Shown: positions 10,387 to 20,900 of the stretch, piece after piece
Position numbering within the stretch: the stretch's first letter is position 1
Layout of the letters: every line of letters starts with the position of its first letter
Assembly: GCA_964402035.1 (NCBI GenBank)
Contig: CAYOAM010000002.1
Span: forward strand, 27,280-91,279
Direction: 5' to 3'
DNA length: 64,000 nucleotides
Source: an uncultured Candidatus Saccharibacteria bacterium
Lineage (GTDB): Bacteria > Patescibacteriota > Minisyncoccia > Phycocordibacterales > UBA918
Program-made: the position numbers and the translations under genes
Notes under the pieces: model-generated
The model's input: only the letters and a program-made list of their open reading frames with translations
The model's database searches: none
Told to the model about the DNA's origin: nothing

Positions 10387-10845
10387 TCAAGCGCCGGCGG
10401 TTTCCCGCACAAGCTCCTTGAGCGGGAGCCTGGCCTGGGCGCAGTTCTCGATGAATACGATGAGGAAAAGCTTCCCATCTTCATCGGCTTCGACTTCCGC
10501 CGAAAACTGACGTCCGGTCTGCTCGAGAGCGACGAGATCATGAAGCGAACCGAAGTTCCCCCACTTCTCGAAATCCGCATCCTCGAGAATGACCTGCCGC
10601 AAGCGTTCCCATCCTTTTGGGTTGTTGAGGAGTGACGGCGCCGGTACGGTGCTGTCGAAGTCAGACCCCGACACCCTGTCGCCGCCGCCTTCGAACTCGA
10701 CATACGCCAAGACGAAGAGGAGTCCGTCCTTCGATTCGACGTAGAAGTCGGTCTCCGGGTGCCTGAGTTCACATTCATCAGCCGCGAGTGCCTTGTGGCA
10801 GAGATCGGTAATCTTAATCCGAGCTGCCTCGAAAACGTAAGTCAT
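10387..10845 (-). CDS. Hypothetical (orphan) protein, ~152 aa
   Basis: GGGAGG SD before ATG 10845; own TTGACA-18-TATAAT promoter (10909-10938) and hairpin (~10350-10380); GC-richer than flanks. Confidence 0.65.
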   Translation of the reverse strand: MTYVFEAARIKITDLCHKALAADECELRHPETDFYVESKDGLLFVLAYVEFEGGGDRVSGSDFDSTVPAPSLLNNPKGWERLRQVILEDADFEKWGNFGSLHDLVALEQTGRQFSAEVEADEDGKLFLIVFIENCAQARLPLKELVRETAGA

Positions 10846-10988
10846 GCCATCCTCCCTGAGGATCCACGGTACGGCGTGGTCCGTTTGAGCATATGCTCGT
10901 CTATTCAGATTATACCATATATAAAGTACTGTTGTCAACCGTCTAAAAACGGCTTTACAACGACTATTTTTGGGAGCATAGTCTTGCC

Positions 10989-11789
10989 ATGGAATCGTTT
11001 GATAGTGAGGTAGCATGGCTACTGAAAGAGAAATATGGAGGCGAAAAAACCGACGGTTTTTTCGCCGATTGTGCTCGACTAGAGGCCGGAGAACCACTCG
11101 CCTACCTTATAGGACATGTGCCATTTCTAGACACCAAAATCTACTTAGATTCGCGTCCTTTGATACCACGGGCAGAAACTGAATATTGGGTGGAGCATGC
11201 TATCCACGATATTCGCATTAATATACTAAGTGCGATGAGCAGCCCCAAGGGTAACCCTTGGCGTGGCCAAGGGTTACCCTTGGGGATTCGTATCCTCGAT
11301 CTCTGTGCTGGTTCGGGCTGCGTTGGGATCGCCGTACTCAAACATATTCCCGAGACCCACGTCGACTTGATCGAGATTGATACTGATCACCACCCTACTA
11401 TTTTAAAAAATGTATTAAAAAACAACATTGAAAAATCACGCGCAAGGATCGTCGGAGGTGACACCTTCAAAGAAGCAGATGGCCCGTACGACTACATACT
11501 TACTAATCCGCCATACATTGATCCGACACTTTCGGGGCGCATAGAAAAAAGTGTACTCGAACACGAACCTCGCCTAGCGCTATTTGGCGGCAAACAAGGT
11601 CTCTACACCATCAATCGCATCGTCGATCGAGCTCCCGCTTTTCTGACTCCCGGCGGTACGATGTTTCTTGAACATGAACCCGAACAAACTGAAGCGATAA
11701 CTGCCTATGCACGACAATGCGGCTACAAAGAAGTCACCACGCATAAAGATCAATACAACGTTGATCGCATGACGATGCTAAAAGTGTAG
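10989..11789 (+). CDS. prmC: Release factor glutamine methyltransferase (HemK/PrmC)
   Basis: GEPLAYLIG, LIPRAETE, LDLCAGSG, TNPPY. Confidence 0.9.
   Translation: MESFDSEVAWLLKEKYGGEKTDGFFADCARLEAGEPLAYLIGHVPFLDTKIYLDSRPLIPRAETEYWVEHAIHDIRINILSAMSSPKGNPWRGQGLPLGIRILDLCAGSGCVGIAVLKHIPETHVDLIEIDTDHHPTILKNVLKNNIEKSRARIVGGDTFKEADGPYDYILTNPPYIDPTLSGRIEKSVLEHEPRLALFGGKQGLYTINRIVDRAPAFLTPGGTMFLEHEPEQTEAITAYARQCGYKEVTTHKDQYNVDRMTMLKV
11243..11285. repeat. Nested double palindrome within the prmC coding sequence
   Basis: CCCCAAGGGTAACCCTTGGC-gtg-GCCAAGGGTTACCCTTGGGG: perfect 20-bp arms, each itself palindromic. Confidence 0.8.
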
Positions 11790-11863
11790 CGGATTTACGG
11801 AAGTGACTGCAGCAACCCCAACTACACATAGAGTCCGACCTAAAACTATGCAACAATAGTCCT

Positions 11864-12067
11864 ATGCAGCTTTCGATTGGAGTCAACATGTTTCTTCAGG
11901 GTACTTTTTTCTTTCTGCTATTTATATTTACCATATACACCGTCATCCTTGGTTACCATTGGTATACGTACGGTAGATCAAAAAAGACGACAACAACCCT
12001 CCTTGCGACATACCTCATCGGCGGTATTTTCTGCTTTGTCCTCATGGGCACCTTTCTTATTACATGA
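11864..12067 (+). CDS. Small 2-TM membrane protein
   Basis: 67 aa, YHWYTYG between two TMs, ATGA overlap with next gene. Confidence 0.7.
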   Translation: MQLSIGVNMFLQGTFFFLLFIFTIYTVILGYHWYTYGRSKKTTTTLLATYLIGGIFCFVLMGTFLIT

Positions 12068-12642
12068 ATACGCAGGCTGAACAACTAAAACTCGATGACG
12101 ACGAGAGTATTGTCCGCGTCGTGCGCAAGCACTGGTTTATTCTTATGGTACAAATAGTGAGTATCATCTTTCTTGCACTTGCTCCTTTTTTTCTGCTTGG
12201 CGTCATGTGGGTTTCTGGCGTCACCGCGACGCTCCCGCTTGATTTTTCTATGTGGTATAGCGCCGCAGGATTCCTGGGCGCAGCGTGGCTATTGATCTCG
12301 TGGATGCTCCTCTTTAACATCCTCACTGACTACTACCTCGACATGTGGATCATCACCAACAAACGCGTGATCACCATCGACCAACGTGGTTTTTTTAATC
12401 GCTCTGTTGCAAGCTTCCGCCTTGAGCGTCTCCAGGACATCACCGTTGAGATCAAAGGTATTATCGCTACCATGCTCGACTTTGGGACTATCAAGGCCGA
12501 CACCGCAAGCCATACCGATGCTTTTGTGATCTTTGGTATCCCCAATCCTCGCGAAATCAAATCATTGATTCAAGAAAATGCGGACCGTATGCTTGAAAAC
12601 CCAAGCCCAAACAATGTTGGTTCATACCGTACCGGCGTGTAA
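12064..12642 (+). CDS. Membrane protein with bacterial PH (bPH_2) domain
   Basis: VRKHW, 2 TM, WIITNKRVITIDQRGFF, LERLQDITV, DFGTI. Confidence 0.8.
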   Translation: MNTQAEQLKLDDDESIVRVVRKHWFILMVQIVSIIFLALAPFFLLGVMWVSGVTATLPLDFSMWYSAAGFLGAAWLLISWMLLFNILTDYYLDMWIITNKRVITIDQRGFFNRSVASFRLERLQDITVEIKGIIATMLDFGTIKADTASHTDAFVIFGIPNPREIKSLIQENADRMLENPSPNNVGSYRTGV

Positions 12643-12647
12643 CAGCC

Positions 12648-12672
12648 TACTTGGGAGTTCGACTCCTAAGTA
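12648..12672. repeat. REP-like short palindrome (family ACTTGGRRG-n5-CYYCCAAGT)
   Basis: TACTTGGGAGTTCGACTCCTAAGTA; related copies at 15208, 15627, 15960. Confidence 0.65.
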
Positions 12673-12744
12673 TTGCTTAAAACGAAAGCGACGTAGGATT
12701 TGTGGGTTTTGACACATGCTCTCAAAAAAGCGTACAATCAAGAC

Positions 12745-13998
12745 ATGGAAAAGTCAGAAAAACTAAGTACCGATTCATATAAAGGAGTGCGTGATTTCTA
12801 TCCGCATGACATGGCAATACAGCGCTATATTTTTGATACGTGGGCAAAAACTGCTGAGTCATTTGGCTTTGAACGCTATGATGCATCGGTTCTTGAACCT
12901 TCCGAACTCTATAAGGCAAAAGGCGCGCAGAATGAGGAAATTGTAAACGACCAAACATACACCTTCATCGACAAAGGTGAGCGTGAAGTGACCTTGCGTC
13001 CCGAAATGACGCCGACCGTAGCGCGCATGGTCGCAGGACGTCGCCGCGAGCTCACCTTCCCGCTTCGCTGGTACTCGATTCCCAATCTATTTCGGTACGA
13101 ACGCCCACAGCGCGGTCGTGTCCGAGAACACTGGCAACTCAATGCCGATATTTTTGGTACCCAATCTGAAATGGCAGATGTTGAAATTATTCTTCTCGCG
13201 TCAGCAGTTCTTAAATCTTTTGGCGCGACACCCGCTGATTTTGAAATACACATCAACAACCGCTTAGAGATGAAGGCACTCTATACGAATGTAGGTATTG
13301 TCGATGAACAGGTGATGTCCGAAATCACCCGCCTCAATGATCGTAAAAATAAAATTTCAGGAGAAGAGTACCGTAACGCGCTCCAGGAAATAACCCGTGA
13401 CCCAGAAAAGACCGATGCTATCATCACAATGCTCACACAAACAGAATCAGAGCATCCACTTCAGAAACAGCTAGCATCCCTCGGCGTATTAAATGTTGTC
13501 GTTGATCGTACCATTGCACGCGGCTTCGACTACTACACCGGTACTATTTTTGAAATCTTTGATACGAATCCCGACAATCGACGATCGCTACTTGGTGGTG
13601 GACGCTATGACAACCTCACAGGTCTTTTTGGTGGCGATCCTATTCCAGCCGTCGGTTTTGGCATGGGTGATGTCACCATGCGCGATTTCTTGGAGACACA
13701 TGACTTGTTGCCGCAAAATCTCCAAAGTATCGATGTTGCAGTAATTCCCATGAAACAAGAATTTCAAGTCGAAGCAGAAAAAATAGCACAAACGATCCGT
13801 GCCGCAGGAAAAAAAGTGTATGTATCTCTAGCAGATAAAAAAATTGGTGATCACATCAAGCAAGCCGAGGCACGCAACACAAAAGCGATCATCGTCATCG
13901 GCGAAGAAGAACTCGCTTCCGGCACCTGCACTCTCAAACGCCTAAGCGACGGGACAGAGACGACAGGAACGATTGAGGAGTTGATCCAGACTATATAA
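12745..13998 (+). CDS. hisS: Histidine--tRNA ligase
   Basis: KGVRDF, LRPEMT, FRYERPQRGR, RGFDYYTG, GGGRYD. Confidence 0.97.
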   Translation: MEKSEKLSTDSYKGVRDFYPHDMAIQRYIFDTWAKTAESFGFERYDASVLEPSELYKAKGAQNEEIVNDQTYTFIDKGEREVTLRPEMTPTVARMVAGRRRELTFPLRWYSIPNLFRYERPQRGRVREHWQLNADIFGTQSEMADVEIILLASAVLKSFGATPADFEIHINNRLEMKALYTNVGIVDEQVMSEITRLNDRKNKISGEEYRNALQEITRDPEKTDAIITMLTQTESEHPLQKQLASLGVLNVVVDRTIARGFDYYTGTIFEIFDTNPDNRRSLLGGGRYDNLTGLFGGDPIPAVGFGMGDVTMRDFLETHDLLPQNLQSIDVAVIPMKQEFQVEAEKIAQTIRAAGKKVYVSLADKKIGDHIKQAEARNTKAIIVIGEEELASGTCTLKRLSDGTETTGTIEELIQTI

Positions 13999-14043
13999 GT
14001 TTCGATTACATTTTTTTGAGCCTCCTGTTACAATAGTGCCACT

Positions 14044-14619
14044 ATGCGGTACATTGTCTTTGATTTAGAGACCCAAAACCTCTTTAGCGATATTGGGAAA
14101 AATGATCCTGCGCTTTTGGATATTTCGGTCGCTTCACTCTATGACTCGGAGACGCAGTTGTACCACACCGTCGCAATCGATGAGCTCGAGACATTGTGGC
14201 CGCACTTCGAACACGCCGATGCGCTTGTGGGCTACAACAGCAATCATTTCGATATTCCCCTTTTAAATAAATACTACCCGGGCGATCTCACACAGATCCC
14301 GAGTATCGATATCCTCGAATCCATACGTCTTTCACTTGGCAAAAGGCTACGTCTCGACTCGATCGCTGAAGCAACACTCGGCACCAAAAAAATCGGGCAT
14401 GGACTCGAAGCTGTTGAATGGTGGAAAAAGGGTGAAATAGAAAAGATAAAAAAGTACTGCCAAAAAGATGTGGAGATCACCAAGAATGTTTTTGAATACG
14501 CGAAGACGCACGGCCATGTGAAATACAAGGATGGTCTCAAACTCCGCGAGATCCCGATTGATACGAAATCATGGGACACAAAAAACGACTCGGCCCTCAC
14601 CCACGCCCTACCGTTTTGA
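14044..14619 (+). CDS. RNase H-like DEDD 3'-5' exonuclease (RNase_H_2/YprB-like)
   Basis: VFDLET, VGYNSNHFDIP, YCQKDV. Confidence 0.8.
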   Translation: MRYIVFDLETQNLFSDIGKNDPALLDISVASLYDSETQLYHTVAIDELETLWPHFEHADALVGYNSNHFDIPLLNKYYPGDLTQIPSIDILESIRLSLGKRLRLDSIAEATLGTKKIGHGLEAVEWWKKGEIEKIKKYCQKDVEITKNVFEYAKTHGHVKYKDGLKLREIPIDTKSWDTKNDSALTHALPF

Positions 14620-14626
14620 TTACATC

Positions 14627-15232
14627 ATGAACAAAATTTGTGTTTTTGGAGATAGTATCGCTTGGGGTGCAATAGATCCACAGTATGGTGGCTGGGTCGC
14701 ATTGCTCAAAAATTATTTCCAAGACCAGAACATAAAGAACGATACATACATCCAAGTCTACAATCTTGGGGTTTCTGGAGATACAAGTGCTGACCTTCTT
14801 AAACGCTTTGCAAATGAAGTAGATGCTCGCGCACCTGATATCATAATATTTGCAATTGGAATAAACGATACATTGTCTCTCATATCTCTAAAGCACAACC
14901 GTATATTGATCGACGAGTTTACAAAAAATGTAACATCTATGGTAGAGACGACGCTTGGCCAAAAGAGGGCCGTGCTTATCGTGGGTCTTTCAAGAGTGGA
15001 CGAATCAAAAACAAGACCGTGGGACACGGATGTTGAGTATTGTAATGAGGAAATAGAAAAATATGACGCCATTCTTAAAGAAATTTCAAGACAAAACAAC
15101 ATTCAGTACATAGATCTCTCAAAAGTAATTTCACTCACCGACCTTGCGGATGGCCTCCACCCCAACAGCTTAGGGCATCAAAAAATCTTCGAGCTCGTAC
15201 GCGACACACTTGGAGGGCGGACCTCCAAGTAA
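14627..15232 (+). CDS. SGNH/GDSL hydrolase
   Basis: FGDSI, NLGVSGD, GIND, DGLHPN. Confidence 0.92.
   Translation: MNKICVFGDSIAWGAIDPQYGGWVALLKNYFQDQNIKNDTYIQVYNLGVSGDTSADLLKRFANEVDARAPDIIIFAIGINDTLSLISLKHNRILIDEFTKNVTSMVETTLGQKRAVLIVGLSRVDESKTRPWDTDVEYCNEEIEKYDAILKEISRQNNIQYIDLSKVISLTDLADGLHPNSLGHQKIFELVRDTLGGRTSK
15208..15230. repeat. REP-like palindrome forming the last codons of the SGNH gene
   Basis: ACTTGGAGG-gcgga-CCTCCAAGT. Confidence 0.65.
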
Positions 15233-15236
15233 TACT

Positions 15237-15596
15237 ATGCCTAAAACTATGCACTATCGGATCGCGGCGGATACTATTTTTGTACTGCATGCTGCCATCT
15301 TTCTTTTCAATGTGTTTGGGTGGGCGATTGCGACACTATGGTGGCCCTACATGACCGTGCTTGTTTTGACATTGCTGTACGACACTATCTTTGATTATTG
15401 CGTTTTGAGTAAATGGGAGTTTGATCTCCGAAAAAAAATCAACCCGTCATTACGGTATGACTACAACTGGGCAACCTACTACACCTACCGATTAACAAAC
15501 CGCCATATTTCTAATCCATTTTTTAAGAAAATATCGATACTATTTCTCACAGTATCAATTGGTATTAATCTCTATTTCAAGTTTTTGTACACATAA
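15237..15596 (+). CDS. Membrane protein, DUF2784-like
   Basis: ADTIFVLH, CVLSKWEFDLR pattern, 3 TM. Confidence 0.65.
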   Translation: MPKTMHYRIAADTIFVLHAAIFLFNVFGWAIATLWWPYMTVLVLTLLYDTIFDYCVLSKWEFDLRKKINPSLRYDYNWATYYTYRLTNRHISNPFFKKISILFLTVSIGINLYFKFLYT

Positions 15597-15626
15597 TATC
15601 TTAAGACCAAACCTACACGTAAAACC

Positions 15627-15649
15627 GCTTGGAAGCCGGACTTCCAAGT
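15627..15649. repeat. REP-like palindrome
   Basis: GCTTGGAAG-ccgga-CTTCCAAGT. Confidence 0.65.
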
Positions 15650-15697
15650 CAATCCCATTGATGATATCTTTGATACGGAACTCTAGGGAGATCCCCC

Positions 15698-15916
15698 ATG
15701 GAAAGTAACGATCCGAAACGTCGTGCCGCGTTGCATCTTGTCATTGAACATCGCAAAAAGAATCCTCCCCCACCAGAAAAGGCTGGACCGACATGGCCTC
15801 TCATGCCATGGCGAGGAAATCTTTCCTTGCGTCTAGGGAGAGTACTTACCGCGGAGGCACTGGAGGCGAAGCGCGAAAAGCTGAGAGAAAGACTACGTAA
15901 AGAAGGAAAACTATAA
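15698..15916 (+). CDS. Small basic hypothetical protein
   Basis: 72 aa, GGGAG SD, downstream hairpin with T-run. Confidence 0.5.
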   Translation: MESNDPKRRAALHLVIEHRKKNPPPPEKAGPTWPLMPWRGNLSLRLGRVLTAEALEAKREKLRERLRKEGKL

Positions 15917-15959
15917 GCACTACAGCAACGATGCTGTGTGCTTTTTTAGTTAAATATCT

Positions 15960-15982
15960 ACTTGGGAGTCAGACTCGCAAGT
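15960..15982. repeat. REP-like palindrome (degenerate)
   Basis: ACTTGGGAG-tcaga-CTCGCAAGT. Confidence 0.6.
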
Positions 15983-16047
15983 GAAAAACGACAAAAAATA
16001 ACTGATTCTCAAGGTGTCAAGGAACCTAATACGGAGTAAAAGCGCTG

Positions 16048-16150
16048 AAAATCCCTTGGATGCGAGGCATTGATAAAGTTCGGAGCTAGACGTATGTGGT
16101 ATACGGAGAGTGAGTACTGGACTCAGTAATGAAGCAGGTAAGGATTATTA
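16048..16150. repeat. ERIC-like element, copy C (degenerate)
   Basis: GGATGCGAGGCA...AGACGTAT-gtggt-ATACGGAGAG...AAGCAGG. Confidence 0.55.
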
Positions 16151-16176
16151 TAACTTCTGAAGAGAAAACCTACACG

Positions 16177-16300
16177 TAAAAAACATCAAAAATAACTGGT
16201 ATGCGAGGCGCTACCGAGGAGTGCAGCGAGGCGTATAAGAATACGACGAGCAAGCGACGAGAGTAGCAACAAAGCAGATCTTTATTTTTGACGTTTTTTA
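16177..16300. repeat. ERIC-like element, copy B
   Basis: Outer stem TAAAAAACATCAAAAATAA/TTATTTTTGACGTTTTTTA; TGCGAGGCG...GAGGCGTAT-aaga-ATACGACGAG...CAACAAAGCAG. Confidence 0.7.
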
Positions 16301-17113
16301 TCCGAAAAAGACGAGGGCGATGACAAAACAGGCAAGCAAGATCCTATACCAAATAAAAGGCCAAAGGGTATTATTGCGCATAAACTGCATCATAAAATGC
16401 ACCGCGCCTAGCCCCACAAAAAAGGCAGTGATAGCTCCCACAGAAACCATAAGCCACGAGACAGCACCTGGTGGCTCACGTAAAAGATCAAGTAACATTT
16501 TAAGCCCGGCACCCGTCATAACCGGTATTGCCAACAAAAATGCAAAACGTGCAGATTCATAGCGAGAAAGTCCCAAGATCAAACCTCCAGAAATAGCGCT
16601 CCCCGAGCGACTCATACCAGGGATCAATGCCAGCACCTGAAACCAGCCGATCTTCCAGCCCAACCGTGGTGTAATAACCGCGTGTGAACCTCGATGTGCG
16701 TGCACGTATTCCGCATATGCAAATAACATAGAGCCCGCAATCAGTACACCGGCAACAAGAAGCGGTTGTCGAAACACATTTTCCATAAATGTTTTGAGTA
16801 GGATACCCAACACCACAGCAGGCACGGTACCAATCGCGAGTGCAGAAATAATGGCACTATCACGATCATCAACCGGCAACCGTCCGAGCTTGCGCATCAT
16901 GGTCTGGAGCAATATGCCAATGTCGTGCGAAAAGTAAATGACCACCGCGGCTGTCGTCGCGAGATGTAACACGGCATCAAATGCCAACTCATTGGATGTA
17001 TGCTCTGCAGAAAAAAGCTCACGAACCAATATCAAATGCCCCGTTGAAGAAACGGGGAGAAACTCCGTGATTCCCTGGACAAAACCGAGGACTATAGCCA
17101 TTAAAAGGTCCAT
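16298..17113 (-). CDS. uppP: Undecaprenyl-diphosphatase
   Basis: QGITEFLPVSSTGH, PGMSRSG, ARFAFLLAIP. Confidence 0.95.
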   Translation of the reverse strand: MDLLMAIVLGFVQGITEFLPVSSTGHLILVRELFSAEHTSNELAFDAVLHLATTAAVVIYFSHDIGILLQTMMRKLGRLPVDDRDSAIISALAIGTVPAVVLGILLKTFMENVFRQPLLVAGVLIAGSMLFAYAEYVHAHRGSHAVITPRLGWKIGWFQVLALIPGMSRSGSAISGGLILGLSRYESARFAFLLAIPVMTGAGLKMLLDLLREPPGAVSWLMVSVGAITAFFVGLGAVHFMMQFMRNNTLWPFIWYRILLACFVIALVFFG

Positions 17114-17187
17114 ACGTGCTTTTAGTATATCATGTGACGAATTGTGCCCACATGCTATACTAGCTGCTATATATCTGTAATTAACAT

Positions 17188-17913
17188 ATGGAAAAAAATT
17201 CATACGCTATCCCAATCGCTATCGTTGTAGCTGCGGGTCTCATTGCTGGAGCTATTTATATGAATGGTTCAAAGAAAGTGGTTGTTGAACCGGGAGCGCA
17301 AAAGAATGAAATCGCAGACACCACAAAGCCCGTCATTCGCCAGGTAGAAGCAAGCGATCACATCCGTGGTAATCCAAATGCACCTATTATGCTCGTTGAG
17401 TATTCTGATTTCGAATGTCCATTCTGCAAACAATTTCACGAGACAATGAAGCGTATCACTGACGAATACGGTACGAGCGGCAAAGTGGCGTGGGTCTTCC
17501 GACAGTTCCCACTTGAACAACTCCATCCCAATGCACCAAAAATCGCCGAGGCGAGCGAATGTGTGGCCGAGCTTGGCAAAAGCGTCGCATTCTGGAAATT
17601 TGCTGATTTGGTGTTTGGTGAAAAACCAATGAATGACTTTACCGAACTCTCCCGACTTCCTGAATTTGCTGAGAAATCTGGTGTTAGCAAAGCAGCATAC
17701 GAGGAATGCATGAAGAGTGGGCGCAATAAAACAAAAGTGACTGACAGCATCAAGGAAGCAGTAGCAGCTGGTGGCCGTGGGACACCACACACGCTCGTAC
17801 TTGTGGGCGACCAGAGTGCTACGATCAACGGAGCACAGCCCTATGAAGTGGTGAAGCAGATGGTTGATAATCTTATAGCACAAATGGAAGGTGGCAACGT
17901 CAAAGCTGAATAG
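17188..17913 (+). CDS. DsbA-family thiol-disulfide oxidoreductase
   Basis: N-terminal TM, EYSDFECPFC, FPLEQLHP, GTP. Confidence 0.92.
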   Translation: MEKNSYAIPIAIVVAAGLIAGAIYMNGSKKVVVEPGAQKNEIADTTKPVIRQVEASDHIRGNPNAPIMLVEYSDFECPFCKQFHETMKRITDEYGTSGKVAWVFRQFPLEQLHPNAPKIAEASECVAELGKSVAFWKFADLVFGEKPMNDFTELSRLPEFAEKSGVSKAAYEECMKSGRNKTKVTDSIKEAVAAGGRGTPHTLVLVGDQSATINGAQPYEVVKQMVDNLIAQMEGGNVKAE

Positions 17914-17929
17914 AGAGCGTGCTTAAAAG

Positions 17930-17964
17930 ACAAAAGGCCTGCAGCGAAGCTGCGGGCCTTTTGT
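17930..17964. terminator. Bidirectional terminator
   Basis: ACAAAAGGCCTGCAGC-gaa-GCTGCGGGCCTTTTGT. Confidence 0.75.
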
Positions 17965-17976
17965 TTGATTTACCTC

Positions 17977-20900
17977 CTAACGTGTTTTACTTTTCAAAGC
18001 GGCGACAAGTGCGCACCCTTCCTCACTCCACACCGATGCATCACATGGCGTATCAAAAAAAGATAGCGACATAATTTCACATATCACCCGTCGTATCGTC
18101 GCTTCAAGTTCTTTTATTTCTTCGTGCGTGATTGTAAAAACTTCACGATGATAGTTGCCTTTTTTGTCAGGCTCAATAAAATCAATTACTCCCTCTTCGA
18201 TACGCCACCCCCGTGTCATATCAAGCGAAGCAAGTAGCGCATAAAATACCAACTGTCGCTTGTAATTTCCATTACTACTCTTGGTAGCCCCTTCTATGTC
18301 ATTGCGTGATTTTGGCGCGCCTGTCTTAAAGTCCACGACTCGCACCAATCCATCGCGCACGTGCTCGATGCGGTCAAATTCTCCGCGGAGTTGGATCGGT
18401 GAGGCTCCACTCACACCTATCTCAAACAACACTTTTACTGAGACTCCCGCTTCAACCGGCCGCACACCCACAAGTGGGTACGTTTTAAGATATCCTGTCA
18501 AAGACGCTGCGCCCTTCTTTATATACGCAGCTTTATCTGCTTTTGAAAACGGAGCGCGAGCAAGGAGCCGTTCAAATTCGCTCAATAATTGTTCTTCGGA
18601 TACCATTCCGGTAATAGCTTCTTCTTTGGTCAACCACTTCATCGCGCCGTCAATCGCAGTCCCATAAAACAAATGATTCTCTTTGGGTGTTGGTATTCGA
18701 AGCAAGTTCTGGAAAAAATATCGCCACGGCGATTCGAGGTAGTTGTTGAGCGCCGAGACCGAAAGACCCTGTGCAATAAAGCGCTCGACCAAGTATGCAC
18801 GATCCAATGCCCCCGCACTGCTTGGAAGCATGGTTCTGGGGACCAGTACGTCTTTCGCAGTCACTTGTAGTTCTTGTTCTTCTATATGATCTGCGTTGAT
18901 ATCGGAGAGAAATCGTGAAGGGGTCAACTCTTTGCCATCAGTATTCTGTTTTGCATACGAAAGTGTAAGCGACTTTCGCGCGCGCGTCATCGCGACATAG
19001 AGCAGTCGCCGTTCATCATCCAAATCACCCGCATCTGTCTCACTATAGAGAGGCAACCTGATCTTCGTGCGCGACGCACTACTGCCCCATCTTCCTTCGT
19101 GCATAAATGGGATGTACACGTGATCAAATTCCATTCCTTTTGATTTGTGTACGGTAAAAATACGGACGGTGCCAAGCGCCGCTTTTGTTGTTGTCATAAT
19201 AGACATGCCATAACTCTGCGCAGTATCGAGAGATCGCATGAGATCAGCAAGTCTATAGGTCGGATGCGCTGCTTCCAGGCTCTCAACATAACGAATAAAG
19301 GCTCGCACATATTCAAGTAGTACATACCGATCGTCTCGTTCCATACAATACGCCAATACATGAGCCCGCTCGAGCGCATAGTGGACAGTATTTGATAGCG
19401 ATGTACTTTTTTCAAACTGCGCGATGTCATCAAGTATTAAAAATACCGCATGTACGCCAGCACTATGCTCAATACCATGCTCGTGCAAAAGTTTTTCCGA
19501 CTTCATCATTTCAAACAGCGAAATCTCTTTTCGTTCCGTCAGACGAAAAATATCAAGATTATCGAGTTTCAAAAAAGGAGCGTAGAGCAACGGATAGAGA
19601 TCGACGTCACTTCCAAATGACGCAACTGCGCGCAGTAGCGCCATGAGCGACCGCATGAGCGGGATATCCAAAATCTGTGCATCATTGAGGAGCGCAGTCG
19701 GCACACCACGCATCTTGAGTACCGATGCGACCTGTTCTGCATCGCTATTTCTGCGACAAAGTATCGCTATTTCGTGTGCAGGCACGCCAGCAGCTACATG
19801 CGCCGCAACCTTTTCGGCGAGCGATGCCAGCTCCTCATCCTGTTCTTGAAAGATAGAAAGTTGCACGGGCAAGTGAGTATGCCCTGCGTGAGCTGTCAAA
19901 CGTGGCCGCGCTACGAGCGCGTGTCCTGCGGCAGGAGCGATGACGTCGTGTGCAGCATCGAGGATCACCTGCGTCGAACGATAGTTGTTTGCAAGCTCAA
20001 TACAGAGTGCTGACGGGTAGTGTTCTTTAAAAAAGAGAAAGTTGGCAAGTGACGCACCTTGAAATCGGTAGATGGCTTGCTTCTCATCGCCCACGATAAA
20101 TAAGTTTGGTGACTCGTGGAAGTCAGAGAGGAGTTCTAGGAGTCGGTTCTGCGCACCATTGGCATCTTGGTGTTCATCCGCCAATACATACTGATGCTCT
20201 TCCTGCAACAACAACTTGAGTTCATCATCTTTTTCCATAGCACGCACTGCTTCTAAAATTGTATCCTCAAAATCGTACGTATGCGTTTCAGAAAGGATGA
20301 GTTCGTACGCGCGATATACCGCAGCAAATTCTTCTGCTTTATCAAGTTTTTTGAGTGCATCGACGTAGTGCCCTTTCATTTTTCCTGCATGTGCTCCACG
20401 TGCATGATAGAGATCATCAGAGCTCATAATGGCTTCGCGCTCGCGCACGATACGTGTCCCTAAATCATCGGGACTAATATTTTCACGCTTCACATCAGAG
20501 AGTGCGCCCTTGATATCGCGCACATAAAGATACGGATATCCGGCGGGTCGTAGTAGCTCGTAAAGACCATTATCAAGTATCGTTTCTATATGCCTCAATG
20601 CATCAATCTCAATGAGTGGTACCGCTCCCACAATGCGCGCAAATCGCTCAGGATAGCGACTGATGATCGTATTGCAAAACCCATGAAAGGTATGAATCCG
20701 TACCTCATACCCACGCGCACCAATGAGCGATACAAGACGCGCACGCATAGAGGCGACGCCTGATTCGGTAAAAGTAAGTGCAAGGATAGATGAAGGCGCA
20801 GTATCAGTTGTACGCAAGATGTTGGCAATACGAAGAGCCAAGACCTGTGTCTTCCCCGTGCCTGGGCCTGCGATGATCATCACTGGCCCCTCAATAGCAT

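Noticed and set aside
14531-14626. Overlap/frameshift fusion of exonuclease and SGNH genes
   Set aside because: An ATG at 14627 just after the stop gives a normal SGNH start.
15600-16300. Possible CRISPR array
   Set aside because: Repeats are heterogeneous and irregularly spaced; no cas genes.
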